From an uncultured virus (IMG/VR IMGVR_UViG_3300007770_000008) (taxonomy: Duplodnaviria; Heunggongvirae; Uroviricota; Caudoviricetes): a DNA stretch of 64,000 bases. Every line of letters starts with the position of its first letter. The first letter of the stretch is position 1. Where the stretch lies: the IMG/VR virus record IMGVR_UViG_3300007770_000008; one strand, given 5' to 3'. Positions 20,227 to 29,732 of this stretch are shown here, piece after piece. Position numbers and translations under genes: made by a program. Below the pieces are notes generated by a model. The model searched no databases. It worked only from the letters and a program-made list of their open reading frames with translations, and was not told the DNA's origin.

Positions 20227-20839
20227 TTACCTCATTCTCGTTACGGATTGGAAGGTTTAACGTCCCTGCCAATCTGCGAAGCTTGCCGTAGTACTCGGAA
20301 AGAGTTCCGCAGTTACGTACTACGATATCGCAATCGTCAGCTGTGTACTCCACGGTCGGGTCTTTAGCGACTCGATCGTTCTCGACCCAGACAGATAGGT
20401 CAATTACCCCCAGACGGGAGCATTCGAACAACTCGTTGGCAGAACGGATTCCGCCCACAATGTCATTCTCGGATAACGTCATCTTGACCAAAAGGGTTGG
20501 ATCGTGCCGTCGGAGTTCGTTACAGAACTCGTACCAGTACATCCGGTTTTCGTGACGTTCGGCATACGCCGTGTCAACATCTTGATTCAACCCGGTAGCA
20601 ATAAGAGGGGCAACGATACTTGATACGCTGCCTTTGAAACGAATACTGCAACCACTGGCAAGATAGATCCCTGCTGTGTCTTTGCCACAGCGGCCCATGC
20701 CACAGAAAGCAACCGCAGGATATTGCCTGTTGTTGCGTGCAGATTCATACTCGGTAAGACAGGAGGCCATGTACTCTTGATGTGTATCAAGGGCACGACG
20801 GACGTCCTGTTCAACCTGAGCTAGGTCAACAGAAGTCAT
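20141..20839 (-). CDS. Deoxynucleoside monophosphate kinase-like protein
   Basis: FCGMGRCGKDTA P-loop; GIRSANE; DIVVRN.GTL. Confidence 0.7.
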   Translation of the reverse strand: MTSVDLAQVEQDVRRALDTHQEYMASCLTEYESARNNRQYPAVAFCGMGRCGKDTAGIYLASGCSIRFKGSVSSIVAPLIATGLNQDVDTAYAERHENRMYWYEFCNELRRHDPTLLVKMTLSENDIVGGIRSANELFECSRLGVIDLSVWVENDRVAKDPTVEYTADDCDIVVRNCGTLSEYYGKLRRLAGTLNLPIRNENEVSDGKDQHERTRQEDQNHQGCCDTVASSC

Positions 20840-20960
20840 AAACGCTAATGGAGTCTTTCGGCTTAACGGATCGTCAAAAACAGATCGTCAGATTGTGGGA
20901 TTTTCGATACTCTAATTGTACCGCACCCGCTGAGCCTTGGGAACCCATTCTCCTGAAAAG

Positions 20961-23900
20961 TTATGCGTACTTGGGGTCAATCCCTCGTGCGATACACTCT
21001 TCCTCGGTCATGGCCACACCCCAGTGTAGCCCGATCTCCGTGTCGATCCCCAGTGTGTACGGTCCGGTGCCATTCGGCACACCATCCAAGCCCGTAGGGT
21101 AGATCGGCACTGAGTCGATCATACAGGCTGGAAGGACCTCGTCAATGTAGTGCTCTACGTGATCGTATCGCACGAGAGCCATGATCGCGTCATGGACCTG
21201 GAGACAAATCTTGAAGTCCAAGTCATCTTCGGTCCAGCCACTTTCGTAGGCAGCTTCCCGGTAGTCATAGACGTTCGCAATGGCCAGGCTAACCGCATCT
21301 GCGATCATCCCTTGGATGGGGAAGTTCATTGCTTGTCGTTCGATATCACCCTTTACCTGCCGGTCGTTAGTAGCCGGGAAGCGACGGAGACGGCCAAATG
21401 CCCCGCAGAGCCACTGGGGAGCAGGCTCGTCAGACCTTGACGGTGTGACTGCTCGGCCTCGGCATTCGTCGAAGAACGGGATCAGCCCGGGATACATGAG
21501 GAAGATCGTATCAATGATCTGCTGGGCTTCTCGCACCGAAACCTCCACGCCCTCCTCTTTGGCTGCTAGGGCGATCGCCTTGGCACCGCGTCCATACGCG
21601 ATGCCGAAGATAACCGCCTTGGCCACGATCCGCATGTGCGACTTCCCGATCGCTTTCAGACCTGACTTAGTGGGCTCACAGTCATAGCCGAACGCAAGTT
21701 TGGCCACGTTGCTGTGGATATCGTAGAAATCGTCGATAGACTCGTCCAGCTGATTCCTCTGGGCGTGGTCTATCATCGTAGGATCGCCAGACATAATGGC
21801 CATACCGAATAGTTCGGCACCGATGTAATCGGCTTCCACTAGCACGTATCCCTCGGGAGCGGTAATAACGCTACGCAGTGGCCAAGTATAGCGGTCGCCC
21901 AAGATCCTCTTGTAGTCTGGCTCACGCCGCTTACTGATATTCTGCAGCGGAGGCCTAGCTGATGACCACCGACCGGTTTCCTTAGTCTGGTAGATAGTGG
22001 TCCTGATCCTACCGTCGCTACAAACGGCCCCAGGCAGCCCGCCAGAGTACTCGAAGTCCCCTTCGTCGTCTACCATCCAGGCGTTCTCAGCGTCCGCATT
22101 TGGCGGCCTCAGAACGGATTTGAGGATCTGGCTGATGAAACGATAGTCTCGGATCCAGCCGATCTGCTCTTTGTAGTTCCTGGTTACCCACTTACCATCA
22201 CGCCAAACTCGGAGGTTCTCGGCCTCATTCTGCATTATGGCCAAGGTCATCTTGTTGGTGCTGGCTGTGTGGTCGTCTTCCTTGCCGTCGTTGATCACTT
22301 CTTCCCAACGTTTGGGTCGCTTGTCAGTTGTCAGGATCGGCATAGCTTCTATCGAGATAGCCTCTTCGGGCCGAAGCCGTGGTCTCTCGCCGTCGACCAA
22401 TTCCTTGCCGTTGTAGTTGGTGCCAAACAGTAGTTCGCGGACGTGGAAAGTGGAATTCATATTCATTTCCGGCCACTTCGCCCACTGCTTGATTCGGTCC
22501 TCGAGATCTGACTTCACCTCCATGTAGGTGACCGTCATTTCGTCGACCCGCTTCTTGTCCAGCGGGATGCCTGTTGTGTTAATCTCCAACACGGCCAGTG
22601 CCGCACGCTGACTGATCCAAAATGGCTCCCAGCAGCAGTTACCAAAGCGATCCGAATCCAGGTTCTTCATGTGAGCCTGACAAATTCGCCAAGTCACGTC
22701 GGCGTCGTAGATGGCGTATGGGTACAGTACCTCGTCAGGGCACTCACCAAAACCCTCAAGGTCCTTAGCCTTTATCTTGTTGTCCTTACAATACTGCTCT
22801 TTCCATTTGAGCAGCGGGACGTCGTACCTTGGGGCTGCTGTGTAACGCAGCGTCTGGCCAGTTAGAGTGAAGTCGCCAGTCTCATCGACGGCGTGAGCCA
22901 TAAGGGCTGTGTCCAACCCGCCTTTCTCACGGCACTCTTGCCAGGTGCTCGGGGCGGCAAACTGCTTTTGCAGATCTAGACCGTGTGGCGTAAGCCACTC
23001 CATATCTGCACAGAAGAAGTGGCCGCAAGGTCGCTTATCCCGCATGAACTGCCGCATTAACTCCATGCAGCGTTCTTGCCCGCCCTCAGTGGTCCAAACC
23101 CGTTTCCCATCTTTCTTGACGATCCGTTTGAAGGCGGGCTTGCCTCCTGCTGCTCTTAGCACGACGGCAGCGGCTTTCTTAAACCCCCAACCCAGCTGAA
23201 AACATCGCATGTAGGCACCTTCGTTTTGAGGGTGCTCACCATGCCACTCGGCGTCCATAGCGATAATTTTGCTGGGACACGTCTCCTCGATCTCCGCCAT
23301 TAGTTTGCAGAGATCTACCTCGTTGTCAATGATGCGGTGGTCGAGATCCTCTTCGGCCTTGTCCCATCGGATACCTTGTATGAGTTGTCCGAAACGACCT
23401 ATAGCTAACTCCATCTTGTCCGTCATCTCTGGCGAACGGAGTACAGCTGCCGGGTGCACGCTGGCCATAATCTGGCATTGATGCATTTCGGGGTCTGGAT
23501 CGTCAGGGTCTTTGCTTACTGGGAACTCGTAGTCGATCACACGCCCTTCCATTTTGCCAAGCGTGAAATTCTTTCCTAGCAAAGCTTTAACCGCGTCGGA
23601 GCCTAGACACAATAAGTACTTTGGCCGCACCAGTCGAAGCTCTTGGTGCAGTAAGTGCATAAAGTTCTTAACCCAGCCCGCTCGCCAACCAGTACCGTCG
23701 TCAGGGTGCTCAGTCTTTAGCACGTTAGTCACGTACCATCGACTGGCCCCGGTGATTCCTAGCTTGTTCACGGTTTCCAACAGTAACTTACCGGTAGGCC
23801 CCATCAGGCACCGGCTCCTGTTGACTTCGTGCTCACCAAGCATCTTACCGATCACCATTACGTCACAAGGCTCAGGCCCAGCCGCCGGTCCTTTCGGATC

Positions 23901-24263
23901 GGCTGCCCACCTATGCCCGGGAATGACATCCATGAGTTTCGTACGCGTGCCCTTTACGGTCACGTGCATTTGGAATTTGCCTTTACCGTACAGAGCTTCC
24001 TTAATCACTTGCTCTAACTCTGGCCCGCTTTGAGACAGACGGAGAGATTTGCCTCGTCCTGTCAGCGTGGTAAACTCGTCCCCCCGAGCCTTGGCCTCTT
24101 CCAAAAAGTCACCGCCGGGTATTGGCATGCCGGGGGCAGTTACTGGCCAGACCTCACGCTCATTTGCTGGTAGGTGATGAATGCATTGTGGGCACCTACC
24201 TTCACCTAGCCTATGCGGTATACTTGCACCGCAATTCTTACAAAACTCGGCTACTGCTGTCAT
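20961..24263 (-). CDS. polA: Family A DNA polymerase with N-terminal uracil-DNA-glycosylase-like domain
   Basis: UDG family 4-like (YVTNVLK, HPAAVLR); 3'-5' exo (DAEWHG, YAIYD); TGRWSS..PPLQNI; motif A EADYIGAEL; motif B R..AK..IFGIAYG; motif C QVHD. Confidence 0.93.
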   Translation of the reverse strand: MTAVAEFCKNCGASIPHRLGEGRCPQCIHHLPANEREVWPVTAPGMPIPGGDFLEEAKARGDEFTTLTGRGKSLRLSQSGPELEQVIKEALYGKGKFQMHVTVKGTRTKLMDVIPGHRWAADPKGPAAGPEPCDVMVIGKMLGEHEVNRSRCLMGPTGKLLLETVNKLGITGASRWYVTNVLKTEHPDDGTGWRAGWVKNFMHLLHQELRLVRPKYLLCLGSDAVKALLGKNFTLGKMEGRVIDYEFPVSKDPDDPDPEMHQCQIMASVHPAAVLRSPEMTDKMELAIGRFGQLIQGIRWDKAEEDLDHRIIDNEVDLCKLMAEIEETCPSKIIAMDAEWHGEHPQNEGAYMRCFQLGWGFKKAAAVVLRAAGGKPAFKRIVKKDGKRVWTTEGGQERCMELMRQFMRDKRPCGHFFCADMEWLTPHGLDLQKQFAAPSTWQECREKGGLDTALMAHAVDETGDFTLTGQTLRYTAAPRYDVPLLKWKEQYCKDNKIKAKDLEGFGECPDEVLYPYAIYDADVTWRICQAHMKNLDSDRFGNCCWEPFWISQRAALAVLEINTTGIPLDKKRVDEMTVTYMEVKSDLEDRIKQWAKWPEMNMNSTFHVRELLFGTNYNGKELVDGERPRLRPEEAISIEAMPILTTDKRPKRWEEVINDGKEDDHTASTNKMTLAIMQNEAENLRVWRDGKWVTRNYKEQIGWIRDYRFISQILKSVLRPPNADAENAWMVDDEGDFEYSGGLPGAVCSDGRIRTTIYQTKETGRWSSARPPLQNISKRREPDYKRILGDRYTWPLRSVITAPEGYVLVEADYIGAELFGMAIMSGDPTMIDHAQRNQLDESIDDFYDIHSNVAKLAFGYDCEPTKSGLKAIGKSHMRIVAKAVIFGIAYGRGAKAIALAAKEEGVEVSVREAQQIIDTIFLMYPGLIPFFDECRGRAVTPSRSDEPAPQWLCGAFGRLRRFPATNDRQVKGDIERQAMNFPIQGMIADAVSLAIANVYDYREAAYESGWTEDDLDFKICLQVHDAIMALVRYDHVEHYIDEVLPACMIDSVPIYPTGLDGVPNGTGPYTLGIDTEIGLHWGVAMTEEECIARGIDPKYA

Positions 24264-25384
24264 ACTGTCACCTCGAAAGATACGGGTAGGTTGGCTTTGT
24301 CCGCCTCATAGCGGATCATGTCTCGCATGTATTCCCGGTCTAACTCGCCGGGGTCAGTGCCTTCCGGCAGATACACGCGGAGCACCCGTCCTTTGAACTT
24401 CCTTCGAGCCTCTAATCTTAGAGCCACGGTCTCAATGTGGTGGGGTTTATTTCGGAGCTTAGCATCCGGGCTACGGTCAGGGTCTAGCATCACAACAACC
24501 ACGTCGCCAGCTTGAGAGGCCTTCTCTAGAACGTCGATCTGTTGTTCGCTAATGTTCTTACCGATCAGCCCCATGGCTTGGCGTCCGAAGCCCCATACGT
24601 CAGGCGGACCTTCAACCAGCACCTTTGTCTGGTACTGTATGCCGAAGTCGTAGTTATAGAGAACAAGCTTCCTGGGCATACCGGGTAAGGTAAACCATTT
24701 GGGTGTGCCGCTATCGTCTGGTTCGCCCAGACAGCGGGCTTGCCACCCTACCAGTTTGTGTCGCATGTAGATGGGTGCGATCAATCGTCGCGATACCCAT
24801 CTATGCGAAGCATCCGGGCAATAGCCCACCTTGAATGCCTTACCCAGATAAAACGGGTCCATCAATCGTTGCTGCACATATTGTACAGCCTCGTGCCTTG
24901 GCCGTCTCTGTAGCATGTCGTCAAGTCGCCAGACCGCTCCGGGTAGGCGAACCTCTTCAAGCTTTGCGGGCTTGGAGAGCGGGGTCTTGTCAAGAACCAC
25001 CCGGTTGGTTCGGGCGTTAGAGTCATAGACCATGTCATAGAGTTGCCCGCGTGCCTCGTAGTCAGACATGCAAGCAGTTTCGTTCCAACACTGGGCCAAC
25101 CACAAGTTTAGCGTCCCTGATGTTGGATCCCGCAGGCCCCAGCGGTGGTTTACGTAAAGTCGGTGTCGCGTGTCATTGCAAAACGGGCAACTAATTCGGA
25201 ACTCCTCGCCAGAGGAATCTACGTTAAGTTGCTTCCGGTATTCCTTACCTCGAACGCTGCCGCAACGCCGTGCCGTGGCCACCGTCGAGTAGGCAGAAGC
25301 CATTGGCACATTCTCGTTTACGACTAGTACGTTGCCTTGCCCGAACCGCTTCTCCAACAAACGGAATAACGTCGGATTAAGCAT
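24260..25384 (-). CDS. DNA primase (zinc finger + TOPRIM)
   Basis: CPFCND.RH, GWQAR, LVEGPPD, MLDPD, LPEGTDP. Confidence 0.85.
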   Translation of the reverse strand: MLNPTLFRLLEKRFGQGNVLVVNENVPMASAYSTVATARRCGSVRGKEYRKQLNVDSSGEEFRISCPFCNDTRHRLYVNHRWGLRDPTSGTLNLWLAQCWNETACMSDYEARGQLYDMVYDSNARTNRVVLDKTPLSKPAKLEEVRLPGAVWRLDDMLQRRPRHEAVQYVQQRLMDPFYLGKAFKVGYCPDASHRWVSRRLIAPIYMRHKLVGWQARCLGEPDDSGTPKWFTLPGMPRKLVLYNYDFGIQYQTKVLVEGPPDVWGFGRQAMGLIGKNISEQQIDVLEKASQAGDVVVVMLDPDRSPDAKLRNKPHHIETVALRLEARRKFKGRVLRVYLPEGTDPGELDREYMRDMIRYEADKANLPVSFEVTV

Positions 25385-27012
25385 TACACTCCAATATCAT
25401 CGCCAAAGGAATTACCAAAAAGGCTTCCAGCATCCGCCACGTCTCCTGTGGTTTCGTCGTCCACGACTCGCGAGCGATCCTCTCGCTTAGTAATTTTACC
25501 GCCGTCCACGATATAGCGGCCACGTGTGTCCCGTACAGTAGCTAGGGCACCGTCGATAAACAGCACGCGGTCGTTTTGTCTGCGAGCACGACGCTGCTTG
25601 CCGTTAGTGAGCACGCACAGATGGTCCAAAGTTGGTACGCCGACCATGAACCCAAAGTTCGCGTTCTCGAAGAAGTTGTTGGCCTCTGCACAATCCGTAG
25701 GCTTGGGAGCCACGCCCGCTGCTCTTGCGTTGGCCTTGGTATTGAGCTGGTGCATCAACCACACAGGGCAACTGAATGGTAGGGCCAGCCGATTCTTTGC
25801 TCGGATGGGCATACCACCAATTAGATGCCGCTTGGCGTTGTCTGGATCCTTGTTGTTGTAGTCGCAATACCGCTCTGCGGCAGCACCAGCATAGTCCATT
25901 GCTATCATAGCCACACCTGGCTGGTTCAACTCGTCTTGATCGTCTCTGATCGCTTCCTCTACGCCAGACACCATCTGACCGGACCACTCGCGAAACTTCT
26001 CGTAACCGCCAGTGAAGTCTACAAAGCGTAACGTCTTGTTAAGTAGCCGAATCCAGCTTTGGACCCGTTCGTACTCGCCGTCGACGACGCTGCCTGCGTC
26101 TAACTGGGCTTTGAACATCTTCTTCTCGTAACCCTTTAGGTTGCTAGTACGGCTGAGCGTCTTAAAGCCTTCTTCCAATGAGTCGCGGCGGACTTGACCA
26201 GCGTAAGCTAGGGCCCGATGTTGCAGTGACTCCTGCTCTTCTTCCCACGCCACTAAGTATGTAAGTGGTATGGGATCGACCTCGGGGTCACCACCAGCCT
26301 CCAGGCATTTTTCGTATTCCCGTATACAGGACTCCACAGCCAGCTGCACCCCGAGAGTAGTCTTACAACTACCGTACGGACCGCAAAAGCAATACACTTC
26401 GCCGGGGGCCTGTCCGCCACCCATGTATTCATCAATGAACGAAACACCGGTAGTAGTCTTGTCTAGCGGTTTGATCTCCTCCACGGTCTCTGGAAACGGC
26501 TCAGGTATCGGGCCTGTCTCCAACGACTTTAGGCGAGTCGCTTGCTCAGTCTTCTCCTTGAGCATGTCCGGAAGATCGTCGATCTGATCACCGGAAGTCA
26601 TCGCCTGTATATCTTGTTGCAAGTGCTCTTCAAGCAATCGCTTCAGATAGCCCATAGCTGTTTGCTTGCGGTAAGCGTCTATGTTAGCCGCATAAGCGAA
26701 CCCCATGAACTTGTTCAGCTCGTCTACGTCATCTTCGTCCAGATAGTCTGGGTCTTCCGCATCCCTTGCCAAGATCTCTGTAGTAATCTCATCAGCATTT
26801 GGGAGCTTATCGTGCTCCGCATGAAAGTCAAGCACCACGGCCCATAACAAGGCAAACCATTGCTCGTTTCTAGCTTCCAAGTGCTGCGGGTCGAGCTGCT
26901 GCTTGGCTGTGTTGAAGGCAGAGTCCTGCCGAATGATAGTCACCATTAAGTGTTCGAGCTGACTACCACTCAGCGTTGCTCGCCTGTCAACAAATTTTCT
27001 TCTGCTAGGCAT
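25384..27012 (-). CDS. DnaB-like replicative helicase
   Basis: TTGVSFID, GPYGSCKTT, AMDYAG, HQLN; translationally coupled to the primase. Confidence 0.8.
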   Translation of the reverse strand: MPSRRKFVDRRATLSGSQLEHLMVTIIRQDSAFNTAKQQLDPQHLEARNEQWFALLWAVVLDFHAEHDKLPNADEITTEILARDAEDPDYLDEDDVDELNKFMGFAYAANIDAYRKQTAMGYLKRLLEEHLQQDIQAMTSGDQIDDLPDMLKEKTEQATRLKSLETGPIPEPFPETVEEIKPLDKTTTGVSFIDEYMGGGQAPGEVYCFCGPYGSCKTTLGVQLAVESCIREYEKCLEAGGDPEVDPIPLTYLVAWEEEQESLQHRALAYAGQVRRDSLEEGFKTLSRTSNLKGYEKKMFKAQLDAGSVVDGEYERVQSWIRLLNKTLRFVDFTGGYEKFREWSGQMVSGVEEAIRDDQDELNQPGVAMIAMDYAGAAAERYCDYNNKDPDNAKRHLIGGMPIRAKNRLALPFSCPVWLMHQLNTKANARAAGVAPKPTDCAEANNFFENANFGFMVGVPTLDHLCVLTNGKQRRARRQNDRVLFIDGALATVRDTRGRYIVDGGKITKREDRSRVVDDETTGDVADAGSLFGNSFGDDIGV

Positions 27013-27691
27013 TGCTTTGTTGACCCGTTATTGTACTTGCTATGGCTCTCGCTGATTCTCTGAAAGTATCAGGAATAGAGTCGCCCCAGATCTCGTCGTA
27101 ATCGTCTGGAAATCTGAGGTACTGCACAAGAGCTTCGCGACGATATCTACGTGATGCGGCCTTGCGTCGTGTTTCACGGGCAAGGCTATATCGAAACAAA
27201 GGAGAAAGCGGGTACCCGTCGTTGAGTAAGACTTCGTCCAGAATGTCGTCCATCCCTCGCGTATCGCTACGGAGGTGGTGCATAACCGTAAGTCGCTTAC
27301 GACAGAATGCCTTCTCGAAATCGAAAGCGTGTCGTAAGCCAGAACGGACGTCCTCGGTCATACCCAGGTAGTCTTCCAAATACTTGGGTAATGCAATTTG
27401 GTTAGGGAGCACTGGCCGATAGACGCCCCGGGATCCAGTCATAAATCTGTACTGGATACATTGCTGAGGGTCCAAGTTGTGCTTCAACATGAACTTGGCG
27501 ATCTTGGGCCATACCGGGGTGGCGTTGACGCCGTCCCTAGTTACGCCACCGTCCCACTTCGGCCCTGGACTATACCGTGAGGCTCGCCCTCGCACTGTTA
27601 GCTCGTAGTTCTGACGCTCTTTGATGTAGATCTCGCGACAAGTACGGGCCAAATCCTCCAGCAACATGTCGCTGCGTTCTTTTAGGCTCAT
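27005..27691 (-). CDS. Hypothetical protein
   Basis: 228 aa ORF coupled between the two helicases. Confidence 0.6.
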   Translation of the reverse strand: MSLKERSDMLLEDLARTCREIYIKERQNYELTVRGRASRYSPGPKWDGGVTRDGVNATPVWPKIAKFMLKHNLDPQQCIQYRFMTGSRGVYRPVLPNQIALPKYLEDYLGMTEDVRSGLRHAFDFEKAFCRKRLTVMHHLRSDTRGMDDILDEVLLNDGYPLSPLFRYSLARETRRKAASRRYRREALVQYLRFPDDYDEIWGDSIPDTFRESARAIASTITGQQSNA

Positions 27692-29202
27692 ACGTTCATC
27701 AGGAGCTGACGGAAATCGCCGCCTCCTGCCTCATCGTCAGGTTCAATCTGGAGCCAGCCTTTGGCTTTGTAGTCTCGCTTCCGTGCCGCCGCTTTGCGAC
27801 GAAGGTTATCGTCAAACTGGTCTTTGTAGTCAATAAGGATACCGCACTTCTTGTCGATGGTATCTGTGATACGCGACATTCGTCCAGGAATTTGCGTGTC
27901 GTCGATCGCACTGCTGCTGGCATCCCCCCGGATAAGTACCTGGAGCTGGTGGAAGTTCACACCACGGTTCCATACAGAAGTAGCGATAGCTTTCTTCAAC
28001 TTACCGGACTCGAAGTTTTTCTTAAGCCTGCGTAACCGATCATCGGTCATGATTGGCTCGTCGCGAGGGATTAGCCCCCAACGATAGTACATGTCCAACT
28101 TCTCTTCGTAGAGTTCGCTGGGAGCGTAGCACATCTCGTAGTCGGGAAGCAACTTCTTAAGATGGCAAGCATGGTCGAGTGTCTTGACCGTGATAAGCAC
28201 CTGGTCGTCAGGAAAGCACTTAGCGTCGTTGGCAATAAGCTCGTTGCGGTACTCGTTTCGCCAGATGCCGTGCCGCAACCTTGGAACCCCCTCCATACCT
28301 GCGGCTGGGTTGGTGTCCATCAACACGTTACGCCAGTACACGTGGATGGGGACGATCATACCGTGCTCGACTGCTTCTTCGTAGGTCATCTTTGCCACTA
28401 GTGGCCCGAAGATACCCTCCAGCTCGAAGTCGGCACCGTCCATGCGATCTTTGAAGTTCGCACTGAAGCCGTACATGCGGTTACGTCGCCACTGGGCAAA
28501 CACCCCGAACATTTTGGCTGTTGCCAGTTCGTGGTGTTCGTCAGCGATCAGTACGTCGAAGTCCTTAGGGTCGAAATGGTGTAGGCACCCTGACGACACC
28601 ACCATGACTCGGCGGCCTTGCTTCTTTTTCTTGCTATGGTAGATACCCACGCTGGGTAGCATTTGGTTGAGTTGGTGATAGCGGTCTTCCAGTACCGACG
28701 CGAATTTGGTTACCACGGCTATGTTGCACTGGTTTAACGCTCGGCAAAGCATACCGATCAGGAAGCTTTTACCGGTACCGGTAGGCCACCAGATCTGGCC
28801 TCGCTCGGCGGCACATATCGCCTCTAGAGTTTCTTTTTGCTTATGCCGGAAGTCGTACTCGGCTAGAAGGTCCCAGTCCGGTTGGTAGACTTCTGGATGT
28901 GCGTGTGGTCGGTGCTCAATCAACTTCACTCGGAAGCCGTGAGCCCTCAACGCTTGCGTGACTCGTTGCTGGTATCCAGAGTTAGTCACAATGTGCGTCT
29001 TGCCCTGGATCTGTTTGATCCGGAAGCAGTACACGTCCTCAGTAGCTACGGTCTTTCCTTTGTGCTGTCGCCGCTCCTCGGCAGTAGCTAGGTACTTGAC
29101 TCTTGTATAGGTCAGCTCCTCTGACAGAATCTGCCGCACTTTAAGCGTTGCTGGGTAAACCCTCAGCAAGTTGCCATCTTTGTGCAGTTCGAGTTCTGAC
29201 AC
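27688..29202 (-). CDS. Superfamily 2 helicase (UvsW/RAD25-like)
   Basis: PTGTGKS, DEHH, GFSA, QIPGRMSR. Confidence 0.9.
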   Translation of the reverse strand: MSELELHKDGNLLRVYPATLKVRQILSEELTYTRVKYLATAEERRQHKGKTVATEDVYCFRIKQIQGKTHIVTNSGYQQRVTQALRAHGFRVKLIEHRPHAHPEVYQPDWDLLAEYDFRHKQKETLEAICAAERGQIWWPTGTGKSFLIGMLCRALNQCNIAVVTKFASVLEDRYHQLNQMLPSVGIYHSKKKKQGRRVMVVSSGCLHHFDPKDFDVLIADEHHELATAKMFGVFAQWRRNRMYGFSANFKDRMDGADFELEGIFGPLVAKMTYEEAVEHGMIVPIHVYWRNVLMDTNPAAGMEGVPRLRHGIWRNEYRNELIANDAKCFPDDQVLITVKTLDHACHLKKLLPDYEMCYAPSELYEEKLDMYYRWGLIPRDEPIMTDDRLRRLKKNFESGKLKKAIATSVWNRGVNFHQLQVLIRGDASSSAIDDTQIPGRMSRITDTIDKKCGILIDYKDQFDDNLRRKAAARKRDYKAKGWLQIEPDDEAGGGDFRQLLMNV

Positions 29203-29210
29203 AGCTACTC

Positions 29211-29699
29211 CTATTGGTTCTTGGAACGTCTGGTCGGTGTGATGGACTCAACAACGAATTGGCCGTATTCCTTGTGCCCGAAGGGGCTGATACCTCGATA
29301 CTGTCCTACGTAGGTCATCAGCTTCCAGAAATCATCATCAGATATGTTGCTGGGGACGACACAGTTTACTCCGATCAGATCGCCCTCTTTGAAAGCCTCG
29401 TGCTTAACGTACCGTCTGTTATCCATATATCGCCTGTAGAAGTTGGCCGAGTTGGTATCCGGCCTCCCGTCTACAATTACATCAAATTGAATCTTGTTAA
29501 CCGTCTTGTGGTGCCGCCCCAGGATCTCTGAGGCGAAACGCAAACTGCTCTTCCACCATGTGGCCTCGAACCGGATCTCTCCGTCCGGGTTACGCGGAAG
29601 ATAGTAGCAAGGCCAGGTCTTCTCGTCCTTCTGCAAATGTCTCTTGACGTTGCCTAGACAAGCCTTGGTGAACTTTATCCTTACGGTTAACTCTCGCAT
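29211..29699 (-). CDS. Solo RAMP (Cas7/Csm3-like) protein
   Basis: N-terminal strand ending in LG; GEIRFEATWWKSSLR resembling the RAMP IPgSslKGalR helix; C-terminal glycine loop GQYRGISPFGHKEYGQFVV. Confidence 0.55.
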   Translation of the reverse strand: MRELTVRIKFTKACLGNVKRHLQKDEKTWPCYYLPRNPDGEIRFEATWWKSSLRFASEILGRHHKTVNKIQFDVIVDGRPDTNSANFYRRYMDNRRYVKHEAFKEGDLIGVNCVVPSNISDDDFWKLMTYVGQYRGISPFGHKEYGQFVVESITPTRRSKNQ

Positions 29700-29732
29700 G
29701 AGAACGTGCCATGTTATGCGGGGTGGTTGGTA

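Noticed and set aside
20865..20890. Short direct repeat aacggatcgtca / aacagatcgtca between polA and the kinase gene
   Set aside because: Only two imperfect 12-mers; could be an operator but there is no supporting evidence.
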